From assembly GCA_949287395.1 (NCBI GenBank), contig CASEFZ010000058.1, forward strand, positions 510 to 64,509: a stretch of DNA of 64,000 bases, in the 5' to 3' direction. Origin of the DNA: an uncultured Verrucomicrobiota bacterium. GTDB lineage: Bacteria; Verrucomicrobiota; Verrucomicrobiia; Opitutales; Intestinicryptomonadaceae. The notes below the pieces were generated by a model, which searched no databases, was not told the DNA's origin, and saw nothing but the letters and a program-made list of their open reading frames with translations. How positions within the stretch are numbered: the stretch's first letter is position 1; each line of letters begins with the position of its first letter. Both the position numbers and the translations under genes were made by a program. Positions 18,880 through 28,100 of this stretch are shown here, one piece after another.

Positions 18880-19777
18880 ATGAAACGCTGGGCAACCTTT
18901 ACAACTCCGTACAATGTCCAAATTTGGACGCCCAAGCAAGTGTTGTTCGACTGCCGCAAAAACGAATGTGTTTATGTCCCGCGTCCGAATGGCGTCGAAA
19001 ACATTTGCGGCGCGCAGTTTGCTGTATCCGCTTAGGCGCAAGGTCGCATTTCACTTAAGCGGGCCGGGAATGAAAGAGAAGTTTCGGCCGATTGACACAA
19101 AAGGCCTTGAGCCCTATCAGGTTTATTCCGCAACGGCACTTACTTTTTGTGAGCCACCAGTCCATGATGAATTCCGAAACCGAAGCTTGTTCCGCGCCGT
19201 CAAATGCCGTCGCGACCCACAAAGACCTGCGCGGCTAAAACCTTTTTACAGCCGCGCTGTAAAGGGCTTGCAAAAGCACTTAAACGCGCGCACAAACGCC
19301 CTGCAGTTTCCCGTCCACCCGTTGAGACACTGCAATACCCCTTCCAAAATTTCCGGAATGGTCATTCCACAAATCTTACTTCATTTCCCCAAAATCAAAT
19401 TTCGCTATACACAAATAACTCCATTTTTAACGCTCACAACTTCCGGCCGCGCACAGGATTAGAATTTTTGCCCCTTTCAATTCCGCCTCTCTTTGCCGGC
19501 AATCTACGTCAATTTCTGCTCCATACGCCGTAAAATCCGCAAAAATTCCCTATGCCGTGGCCGCCCATCTGCAAACGGCCAGCCACACATGCGCCATACC
19601 GCCCGTTTTTTTAAGCAGACAAATATTTCCAATCAGCAAAGACCCACAAAAAAACAGGGCCAAATGCGCCTGCTAAAAAAGCAGGCAAATGAATCCGCTT
19701 AAAAAAGCCCCTTACCCCTAACAAAAAATTTGCCAAAACAACATCACGGCCGCGCTTGCGACACACACTCTAAAAAC

Positions 19778-19805
19778 AAAAAAAAGCCCCCGAAAGGACT
19801 TTTTT
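19778..19805 (-). terminator. Weak, possibly bidirectional terminator after tRNA-Gly
   Basis: A 5-bp stem (AGTCC/GGGCT with one G:U) is flanked by an A-run (19778-19784) and a T-run (19801-19805), so a U-tract follows the hairpin on either strand. Confidence 0.45.
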
Positions 19806-19810
19806 ATTTC

Positions 19811-19886
19811 TGGAGCGGGCGATCGGGTTCGAACCGACAACCTCGACCTTGGCAAGGTCACGCTCTGCCAATTGAGCTACGCCCGC
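19811..19886 (-). tRNA. tRNA-Gly (anticodon GCC) with encoded CCA
   Basis: Manual fold of the reverse complement, 76 nt: GCGGGCG-TA-GCTC-AATTGGCA-GAGC-G-TGACC-TTGCCAA-GGTCG-AGGTT-GTCGG-TTCGAAC-CCGAT-CGCCCGC-T-CCA. Confidence 0.95.
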
Positions 19887-19923
19887 AACACAACCAAATT
19901 TTTTCGCCCATGCTGTCGTTTTG

Positions 19924-20838
19924 TCACAAGATGTCAAGCTCGAAAAGCGACTTTTTTCTCGACTCCGAAGGCGCGCTAAAGAAACCCGACATATCCAGCT
20001 TATCCGCAACGGCCTTTCCCAACAACACATTCACCAGTTTCTTTACCTTTTTTGCCTTGTCCTTTTTTAACACTACATAAAAACTCAAAGTCAGCGGATA
20101 GTCTCCATTAAATATGGCAGTCTGGTTTGGGGGAAACGCATATCTGTAATTGCCCCCGGATTTGGAATCAGAAACCGACAACACTTTAACAGTATTTCTA
20201 TCGTACACCTTTCCCACCACGCCAATTGCGGAGTTATTTACCCTTACGTCGGAAAGCACCGCCGACGAATTTTTCATCACCGCCACCCACTCTCCGAGGA
20301 TTTCCCCGTCAAGGCACGTATATTTAAACAGTTCCGTGCATATGCCGTCCGAGTAGCTTGTCACCATCGGCAGTATGTTTCTAAGGCCCGCATAGCGCAC
20401 CCCAACCTGATCCCAAGTTTCAATTCTGTTTGTACCCACATTTGAATAAATTCTGCGCAGACTGTCCGTCGATATTTCGTCCAAAGGGTTTGACGCGTTA
20501 ACCACCACAATTGCCGCCTGATACGCAAATGGGAATGCCACCAGCCCGCCGGGCAGCTTCATTCCCTTTGGCACCGCAACCACCGCTATGTCGAAATCTT
20601 CCGGCGAATCCTCCCTAAGCAGCGGATACGTTCCCTTCATATCCAAAACAAGCTTAATGTTCTCGTTCTTTGCGGTTTCCTTAAGAACGTCCCCTATTGC
20701 CGGAGCCACAATATCGCTACCCTTTAAAACTATTGCCTCTCCGCCGCCCGCGGATGGAGGCGCTTTTGTATCCGACGCCTTGGCGCATAAAAAGAACGGC
20801 AATACGCAAAACAACGATATGGCAATTTTTATATTCAT
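19924..20838 (-). CDS. PstS-family (PBP_like_2) periplasmic substrate-binding protein, stand-alone
   Basis: 304 aa with a signal peptide (MNIKIAISLFCVLPFFLCAKA). IVLKGSDIVAP... and ISTDSLRRIYSNVGTNRIETWDQVG resemble the phosphate-binding-protein fold signature. No pstCAB genes are adjacent. Confidence 0.7.
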   Translation of the reverse strand: MNIKIAISLFCVLPFFLCAKASDTKAPPSAGGGEAIVLKGSDIVAPAIGDVLKETAKNENIKLVLDMKGTYPLLREDSPEDFDIAVVAVPKGMKLPGGLVAFPFAYQAAIVVVNASNPLDEISTDSLRRIYSNVGTNRIETWDQVGVRYAGLRNILPMVTSYSDGICTELFKYTCLDGEILGEWVAVMKNSSAVLSDVRVNNSAIGVVGKVYDRNTVKVLSVSDSKSGGNYRYAFPPNQTAIFNGDYPLTLSFYVVLKKDKAKKVKKLVNVLLGKAVADKLDMSGFFSAPSESRKKSLFELDIL

Positions 20839-20950
20839 CTGTATTTAAAATTTATCAACCCCGCCAAGTCTAAAACTATTCCGCCCCGTGCCAAGCACAA
20901 ATTTTACAGGCACAAAATTCAATGCCCGGAACCGCCCAGAGAACGCGCCG

Positions 20951-21532
20951 CTACTCCAACCCCAGAATCATGCGGGCGTTTTGCGTCATCATATCCTGGT
21001 TCCACGGCGGCTCCCAAACTATGTTTACAACGGCCTCTCCCACCGAAGGCAAGGCCTCCAGTTTATATTTCAAATCCGCCGCTATTGCCGGCCCCATTGC
21101 GCAGCCCGGGGCTGTCAGGGTCATATCCACCTTAACCTTGTTGACGCCGTTTTCCTCAATTAAATCCATGCAATAAACCAGGCCCAAGTCCACTATGTTT
21201 ACGGGAATTTCGGGGTCGTAAACGGTTTTTGCAACTTCCCACAAGTCCTCCAATGAGGGCTTTTGGGAAATTACGTCTTCCTGCGAGGCGCCGGCACCGC
21301 CGGCTTGAACCTCCGCCCTGCACAACTTTTTTGAAAAATCCTCCAGGCCCAAGCCCGACGCGTCCGCCGGGTCTATGAGGACCGTCCCGAAAATTCCCCT
21401 TAGGGCGCACTTGCCGCCGCGCATTCCCAAAACTCTTACACTGGAGCCCGACGCCAACAACACATCAGTGTGCGAAGGCAATAAAAGCGCCTTTACGCTA
21501 CGGCTTAAACAAACAACATCGGACCCACCCAT
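20951..21532 (-). CDS. sufT: Fe-S cluster assembly protein, long SufT-type (N-terminal domain + DUF59/MIP18 domain)
   Basis: The C-terminus LWEVAKTVYDPEIPVNIVDLGLVY...MTLTAPGCAMG is DUF59. The N-terminal part (LLPSHTDVLLASGSSVRVL...IDPADASGLG) fits my memory of the long SufT form. The start is 12 nt after the proB stop. Confidence 0.7.
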   Translation of the reverse strand: MGGSDVVCLSRSVKALLLPSHTDVLLASGSSVRVLGMRGGKCALRGIFGTVLIDPADASGLGLEDFSKKLCRAEVQAGGAGASQEDVISQKPSLEDLWEVAKTVYDPEIPVNIVDLGLVYCMDLIEENGVNKVKVDMTLTAPGCAMGPAIAADLKYKLEALPSVGEAVVNIVWEPPWNQDMMTQNARMILGLE

Positions 21533-21544
21533 AAAAAATATTTC

Positions 21545-22630
21545 CTAAACAAGCGCCAGGTTGTCCCTATGGACAACTATAACGGGCTTTCTTTCACCCT
21601 TTTTAGACAATTCGCTCTCGAGAGATTCGCAATCTACCTGCGCCAATCCGCGCGCCACGACGTCTCCGTTTGATATGTCAACAATCTCCACAAGCGCCCC
21701 CGCCTGAAATTTTCCCGCAAAGCTCTTCACCCCCGCCGAAAGTAAAGACCCGCCTTTTGTGCGAATCGCCGCCGCCGCTCCTGCATCCACAAAAACCTTC
21801 CCTATGCTCCTGCCGAAGTGCGCCAGCCAACGCTTCTTTGTGCTTGCCGACTTCCCGCATGCAATAAAATGCGTTCCAGGGTTTTCCCCTTCAAGAATTT
21901 TTGTCAGCGAATCCGGCCTTGTCCCGTCCGCTATATAAACGCCGCAACCTTCGCTTGTCGCAATTTCTGCGGCCTTTATTTTCGTTATCATTCCGCCAAC
22001 CGCCGTAGCGCTTGTCGTGCCGGCGGCCATTGCGCGTATCTCGGGCGTGACTTTCGCAACCTCCTTTACCATTTTTCCGTCGCCGGTCTTGTTCAATAGG
22101 CCGGCGGCTGTCGATAGTATCACCAAATCGGTAGCCTTGCAAAGCGTCGCAACCAGAGCGCTCAAAACGTCGTTGTCGCCAAATTTAATATTCAGCTCGG
22201 CGGCGCTCAGGCTGTCGTTCTCATTTACCACCGGAATTATCCTGTTGCGCAGCAACTCGTCGATGAGTTCCCCGAGCGCCTTCGCCCTCTGTATATTGTC
22301 CACGTCGTCCCGCGTCAGAAGCAACTGCGCCACAACCAGACCATAGGGCTCAAAAAGTTCCTCCCAGGTCTGTATTAAAATCCCCTGGCCCACAGCCGCG
22401 CACTTCTGAACCGCCCTTATCTGCTTGGGGCGCGCCTTCAGGCCCAAACGCCCCATTCCAAGGCCCACGGCTCCGGAACTGACCAGCGCAACTTCAACTC
22501 CCGTCTCGCGCGCCGCCGCTATCTGCGAGCATATGGCCCGCATCTTCACCGTGTCGAGACAGCCAACCCCGCTTGTGAGAACGCCCGTCCCGACCTTAAC
22601 GACCACCCGCCTGGCCACTCCCTTTTTCAT
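21545..22630 (-). CDS. proB: Glutamate 5-kinase (with C-terminal PUA domain)
   Basis: RVVVKVGTGVLT N-terminus, amino-acid kinase fold pattern, and a PUA-like C-terminus (VFVDAGAAAAI...GDVVARGL). Confidence 0.95.
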   Translation of the reverse strand: MKKGVARRVVVKVGTGVLTSGVGCLDTVKMRAICSQIAAARETGVEVALVSSGAVGLGMGRLGLKARPKQIRAVQKCAAVGQGILIQTWEELFEPYGLVVAQLLLTRDDVDNIQRAKALGELIDELLRNRIIPVVNENDSLSAAELNIKFGDNDVLSALVATLCKATDLVILSTAAGLLNKTGDGKMVKEVAKVTPEIRAMAAGTTSATAVGGMITKIKAAEIATSEGCGVYIADGTRPDSLTKILEGENPGTHFIACGKSASTKKRWLAHFGRSIGKVFVDAGAAAAIRTKGGSLLSAGVKSFAGKFQAGALVEIVDISNGDVVARGLAQVDCESLESELSKKGERKPVIVVHRDNLALV

Positions 22631-22650
22631 GCCGCCAACAACAAAAACGC

Positions 22651-23211
22651 CTACACCGTCTTGAGGTCTCTCTCCTTATTCTCAAGGTGCTTGTTTATCT
22701 GAGCGGAATATTTGTCGGTCAGCGCCTGTATTTCTTTTTCAAACTTCTTCAGTTCGTCCTCTGTTATCGCCGACGCCTTTTGCGCCTTCTTCGCCGCGTC
22801 AAGCGCGTCGCGCCTAATGGTCCTGAGGCGCACTCTTCCGCCCTCGGCCATCTCGTGGCATATTTTAACAAGCTCGGTGCGGCGTTCTCCGGAAAGCGCA
22901 GGTATCGGGCAGCGCACAGCGTCGCCCATAACGGCCGGAGTAAAGCCTATGTTTGCCGCCAATATGGCCTTTTCGACGTCTTTCAAAATGCTCTTATCCC
23001 ACGGCTGGACGCGTATAGTGCTGCTGTCGGGCGTTGTTATGGCCGCTATGTCGCGCAACCTCGACGTGGTGCCGTACGCCTCAACCATGACATTCTCCAC
23101 CATAGTCGGCGAAGCCTTGCCGGTGTGAACCGTGTCGAATTCCCTACAAAGATGCTCAACCGCCGCACCCATTGCGGACTCGGTCTTTTTCATTTCGCTC
23201 TGAATATCCAT
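22651..23211 (-). CDS. frr: Ribosome recycling factor
   Basis: 186 aa. The pattern (…HLCREFDTVHTGKASPTMVENVMVEAYG…RVQPWDKS…) is typical of Frr, and it sits next to pyrH as in many bacteria. Confidence 0.97.
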   Translation of the reverse strand: MDIQSEMKKTESAMGAAVEHLCREFDTVHTGKASPTMVENVMVEAYGTTSRLRDIAAITTPDSSTIRVQPWDKSILKDVEKAILAANIGFTPAVMGDAVRCPIPALSGERRTELVKICHEMAEGGRVRLRTIRRDALDAAKKAQKASAITEDELKKFEKEIQALTDKYSAQINKHLENKERDLKTV

Positions 23212-23285
23212 TGCAACCTCTTTCTATTTTTGGGCTTCTTCGCAACCGCTGCGCACACCCCGAAATTTACACACCCTTTGCGACC

Positions 23286-23999
23286 CTATTTTACAAGCGT
23301 CCCGATACTTTCCCCCTCAATCGCGCGGCGGATGTTTCCGTCTTTGTTCATATTAAAAACTATAATCGGAATCTTGTTGTCCATGCAAAGCGAGAACGCC
23401 GTAGAATCCATAACAGCCAAGCGCCTTTCTATTGCCTCTATGTACGATATATTGTCGTATTTTACCGCATCGGCGTATTTATTTGGATCTTTGTCGTATA
23501 TCCCGTCAACTTTCGTTGCCTTCAAAATGCAGTCCGCCCCAACTTCGCTCGCACGCAAGGCCGCGCATGTATCGGTTGAAAAATACGGATTCCCCGTACC
23601 GGCCACAAAAATAACTATTCTTCCCTTTTCCAGATGCCTTACTGCCCTGCGCAAGATGAAGGGCTCTGCTATCTTTTCCATCGGTATGGCTGTTTGCACG
23701 CGGACCGGAACACCCTCCTGCTCAAGCGCATTCATCAGCGCCAAACCGTTTATTACCGTGGCAAGCATGCCCATGTAGTCGCCGGTGGTCCTGTCTATTC
23801 CGGAGCGGCTTCCGCTCAACCCCCTAAATATGTTGCCGCCGCCCACAACGAGGCACACCTGCACCCCCATCAAATGTATTTCCTTCAGCTCGAGCGCCAA
23901 CTTCTTTAAAATCGCCCAATCCAAAGACTCTCCACTACCGGAATTCTTGAGCGCCTCTCCGCTCAACTTCAACACTACGCGTTTATACTTGGGGTCCAT
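23286..23999 (-). CDS. pyrH: UMP kinase
   Basis: [17 protein letters not shown] and [10 protein letters not shown] motifs. The ATG at 23999 was chosen; the track start at 24020 is TTG. Confidence 0.97.
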   Translation of the reverse strand: MDPKYKRVVLKLSGEALKNSGSGESLDWAILKKLALELKEIHLMGVQVCLVVGGGNIFRGLSGSRSGIDRTTGDYMGMLATVINGLALMNALEQEGVPVRVQTAIPMEKIAEPFILRRAVRHLEKGRIVIFVAGTGNPYFSTDTCAALRASEVGADCILKATKVDGIYDKDPNKYADAVKYDNISYIEAIERRLAVMDSTAFSLCMDNKIPIIVFNMNKDGNIRRAIEGESIGTLVK

Positions 24000-24383
24000 C
24001 TTCGCCCGTGTAGATTGCAAATGCGCCGCACTTTTTCAACTCTTTTTTATTCCGCCACGCCTCTAAAGCCCCTTTTATCCGGCACCCGCTTGAAACAGCA
24101 TTAAACTCCCCGGAGAAATTGCGTATCACGCTTAAGCCTTACAAATCCACATTCCGCATAGCCGCGTTCACGGCCTTCAATATGCAAGCACCAAAACAAC
24201 TTCTACGCACAAAAACTCCAATAAAGAAAACAAAATATGCAAGAAATCCTCCCGCCTTGCTCAAACGAACATTAATATAATTAATAAATATTAAAGAAAT
24301 TTTACAACAAACTTTGCTTATAGAAAAATCAACCATCACCCACGCCAAATTTAATTCAGCCAGCCAATAGCTGCGCTCTACAT

Positions 24384-24414
24384 AAAAAAAGCCCGCAACC
24401 TTGAGATTGCGGGC
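24384..24414 (-). terminator. Strong rho-independent terminator ending the dhaK-to-lipoprotein gene string
   Basis: Minus strand: 8-bp stem GCCCGCAA/TTGCGGGC with an 8-nt loop, followed by T7 (plus-strand A7 at 24384-24390). It lies 24 nt after the stop at 24438. Confidence 0.85.
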
Positions 24415-24437
24415 CCAAATACAACCGGATTGCAAAA

Positions 24438-25160
24438 TTAGAACTTCACCGCCGGATTCGTGTACACATTGCCTTCGTTCTGGTGGAACGAGCCGTACTC
24501 CGTCACAACCGCGCCTTCGGGTCCGGCAATTTGGTAGTGCTTGGCTCCAAGCCTGCCCATCCAAACAACATTGCCCTTCTTGGAGCACGCCGGAGTCACC
24601 TTGTGCACCGTCACAAATTTCTTCTGGCTTTCCGGAACCACAACGTTTTTGAGGTCGGTATCATTCATCTCGCCCTCTTCCCCGAAGCAGTAGGACAACC
24701 CAGCCCTGCAATGCCAGCACTCGTTCTTAGCGCGAATACCGCCGTAGGGATTGTGCGCATGCTCTATCAGCATCTGATTGGGCAACAAGAAAATCTCGTG
24801 GCCAAAAACACCATACTTATTTTCATGCGCCCAGAATATGCCGCCCATGCCGACATTCGGGAAGTCTCCCAAGCCGAAATCGCTAACCCACATATTCTTG
24901 CGGAGGTTTTCGCTGATGGGATAACCCAAGTTTGTCATCATGTCGAAGTAGGCCTGCTTTGCGGCCTCTTCGTCGAACTTTCCATTCTTATAGAACATAT
25001 CTTTCGTCAATTTTTTCTGAGTTGCCGCCTTTTTCGCTGGGGCTTCGGAAGGCGTGGCCGAAGCTTTTGCGCCGGACTGCGCACCGCATTCAACGCTATT
25101 GCAAGCGCCCAACAACAACGTCGCCGACGCAATAATCGATAGTATTACTTTACTCTTCAT
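24438..25160 (-). CDS. Secreted lipoprotein of unknown function (possibly cupin-like; tentative)
   Basis: MKSKVILSIIASATLLLGAC is a lipobox signal. The C-terminal half (FGHEIFLLPNQMLIEHAHNP...) loosely recalls cupin-type sugar isomerases, but I cannot confirm that. ATG at 25160 with AAGGA upstream; the track start at 25181 is TTG. Confidence 0.6.
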   Translation of the reverse strand: MKSKVILSIIASATLLLGACNSVECGAQSGAKASATPSEAPAKKAATQKKLTKDMFYKNGKFDEEAAKQAYFDMMTNLGYPISENLRKNMWVSDFGLGDFPNVGMGGIFWAHENKYGVFGHEIFLLPNQMLIEHAHNPYGGIRAKNECWHCRAGLSYCFGEEGEMNDTDLKNVVVPESQKKFVTVHKVTPACSKKGNVVWMGRLGAKHYQIAGPEGAVVTEYGSFHQNEGNVYTNPAVKF

Positions 25161-25183
25161 TTTATCTTTATTCCTTTTCAAGA

Positions 25184-28100
25184 TTAACGTTTCGCCGTGG
25201 GCTTTACGTACCTGTCTTCAAGAGGCTTGCGGAAGACAACTTCCTTTTCCGGAAGCGGCTGGGCCGATTTAAACAACTTGGCAGCAGCAGCGGCGTCATC
25301 GACAACCACGCGGAAGCCCACATTGTAAACCTTCTGCCACGGATGGTAGTCGCGGCGTATCGACACCCTGGACCACTTTGCGCGGTCGCGCCAAGAGCCG
25401 CCCCTTACAACCTTCTTGTCCTCAACCTTGTTTCCGCCAAGCGTATCGGTATAGTCGCTCGAAGTCCATTCGGAAACGTTGCCGTTGACATCGTACAAAC
25501 CAAACGGATTCGGCACATACTGCCCTATGTCGGTGGCCAACAGGTTTCCGTCATCGACATCTTTATCGCACGGCAGGAAGGCCATCTCGGGATTCGGACG
25601 CATCACGGGCTGCGGGTCTATGCCGTTAACTACAAATTGGCGGGTTGTGAAGTCGCACAAGTTGTCGAACGGCGAGTAGTTGTCGCCCACGTTGCCAAAC
25701 CAGAAGTCTTTGTCAGACCCCGCGCGCGCGGCGTACTCCCACTGCTCTTCAGTCGGCAGAGTCACCTTTATTCCCGCCTTCTTGCTGAGCCAATCGCAGA
25801 ATTCGTTAGCCTCGTTCCATGTTATGCGTATCACCGGCTGGTTCGGCAGATTCGCCGGATAACCGCGGTTGACGTGGTCTTTCCACAGGCGGTCCTGATA
25901 GCCGGAATTGTGCTTGGGATCAAACATGCTGTATTGCTTGTTTGTCACCTCGAACTGGCCTATATAGAAAGGCTTTTCTATCTTCGTCAGCTTCGCCGGG
26001 CCTTCGTCGTAGAAGCCCTTGTTAGAGCCCTGCACATATTCGCCCGCAGGCACAAGCGTCAGGCGCATCGCAACGCCCTTGCCCATATCCACAAGCAATT
26101 CCTTCGGCAGATTCGCGGCGTCGCGCTTCTGCATAGCTTCCTTCGCAGTCATCGGATAGCCCGAAGCCTTCGGAACGGCAGTCTTATGCGCCTTGGGCTC
26201 GCCGGGTTTCACAAACTCCTGCTTGCCGCCGTCATAGACTATCTTATTCGGGTCGTCGTGGCGGTTGGCATATTTTGCAAGGAACTTCATGCGCTCGGTA
26301 TCGCCGTTTCCGGGCACCTTCTTATCGGCGCGAGTAAAGTCGGCAACCTCCTGCCACGTGCCTATGCACGGAACATTCAAGTCCATCCATGTAATGAGAA
26401 TATCCATAGACTGCTTGTCCAGCTTTACCCCCTGGTGCCCCTTCTTTAACAGGTGCATCAAAGTGCTCGTATCCGCATTGAACTCCATCGGAACAAGCAT
26501 GTTCTGGTTGCATTCCGGCCCGGAACGACGGCAGAACTTGTTCAAATCAAGATACGCCCTCGGGAAGTTGTGCCAAGTAGGCTTGGCGTCGCGCGCAAAC
26601 ACCGGACGCCCCGGAGTGCTGCCGTCGTGGCAACCAACGCAATATTTGTCGAGAACCGGCTGCACGTCCCTTATGAACGAGTACCCGCGCACGGGCCCTA
26701 TGAATTCCTTTATCTCCGACGGAGGCTTGCGGGAAGCCATCGCAGGAGCCGTTGAAGGCGTCATGCCCTGAGATTCGTGGCAGCCAACGCAACTCTGCGT
26801 CTCGCCGGGCATCACCGTAAACCAAGTGCGCATCAAAGCCAAAGCCTTGCCGTCCTTGTCCAAGGGCTGTATGGCCATCGGCCTGTTGGCGGGAATCTTG
26901 AACAGCGCAGATCCGTCCGGCTCAACCGGCACCGTGCCGTGTATCCTCTTGATGTCCCACGAGCCCTCGTTGCTGACAACATCGTGGCTGCCCATGTTGC
27001 GGTAGGCATAGAAATACTCTATCACGCGCAAAGACTTCACCGCGCCGCGCGGAACGTCCTTGAGGCCCTCGCCCTTGTATATGTCATTCAAGAACACATA
27101 GCCGTAATCCAAATCGGGATCGGTCTTGTCCATTATCTCATTCGGCTTCTTTCTGGCAGCCAAAGGCATCGGCTCGAAGAAATCGGCATCCTTGGAAACC
27201 AATACCGGCACCATGTTGTCGAACGCGTCCACAAGATATATCCCGTAGTTTTTGCCGTTCGGGCGCATGCTGGCCATGATGTACTTCTCGGACAGCGGAT
27301 AGGGATGCAGGAACAGCGGATGCGCATCGGCAACAAGCTCGTCCAGAGTTCTGGCAACATACTCCCTGCCGAAATTCGGATAACGGTGAACGCGGCCCTG
27401 ATCCTCCTTCGTTCCCTTGGAAACGTCAAACAAATGAAGCTCGCCCGCGCGCGCTATCCCGTGGTGGCCGGATACTATCCCGACAAACTTGTTCGGATCT
27501 CCGGGAATCTGGCGGCAGTAGAACAGCGAATTCGGCCAATAGCTGGTCGACCCGTAGAAAGCCGACTGCGCCGTGCCGTCGGGATTCATGTGCATAACTA
27601 TGCGGGAGAAATAGTGCGAATTGTCAACATACTCCCACCTCGTATAAAGAATTCTTCCGTTTTCCAAAACAACGGGCATCCAGTCGGCGTCCTGCTCGTA
27701 GGTCAGCTGCCTGATGGTCGCGTCAACGGCTTTCTCGTCGCCGGCCTTCGGGTCCATAGTGTACAAATTCGCCACATAGTCGGAACCGCCCACACAGGGA
27801 ACGCCAACATGGCATGCCGTCGAAAGGAACATAACCTTTCCGTTGGGCAAATATATGCCGTCGTAAGCGTCAACGCCGTCGTGTATCCTTGGGGAAACAT
27901 TCGAAACCTTCTTAGTGCTCGGAGCAATCTCGCACAACTGCCAGCGGTTCTTCTCGTCTATCGTCGAGAACATCACCTTCTTGCCGTCGTAATCGACGTC
28001 CAAGTCGGCTATGACGTTGTAGTTCTTGTCCGCCAACACGCTCTTTAGCGAGGACGGATCCCCAACCTTCACCGTGCACAACTCGTCCTTATGCGAATGC

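Noticed and set aside
19811-19886. Looked next to the three tRNA genes for integrase, att-like duplications of the tRNA 3' end, or other island hallmarks.
   Set aside because: No integrase or recombinase ORF is present, and I found no direct repeat of a tRNA 3' segment in the flanking kilobases. The gene-poor region next to tRNA-Gly is reported separately as an open question only.
22687-23778. 363-aa plus-strand ORF running antisense across frr and into pyrH.
   Set aside because: It spans two well-supported minus-strand genes plus their intergenic spacer, and its sequence is not protein-like. It is an antisense shadow.
25343-28048. Long plus-strand ORFs (368 aa and 423 aa, plus several of ~170 aa) antisense to the giant gene.
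   Set aside because: They are shadow ORFs inside a 4.2-kb gene whose minus-strand product has a signal peptide and a recognisable FGE-sulfatase domain. The antisense translations are Arg/Leu/His-rich nonsense.
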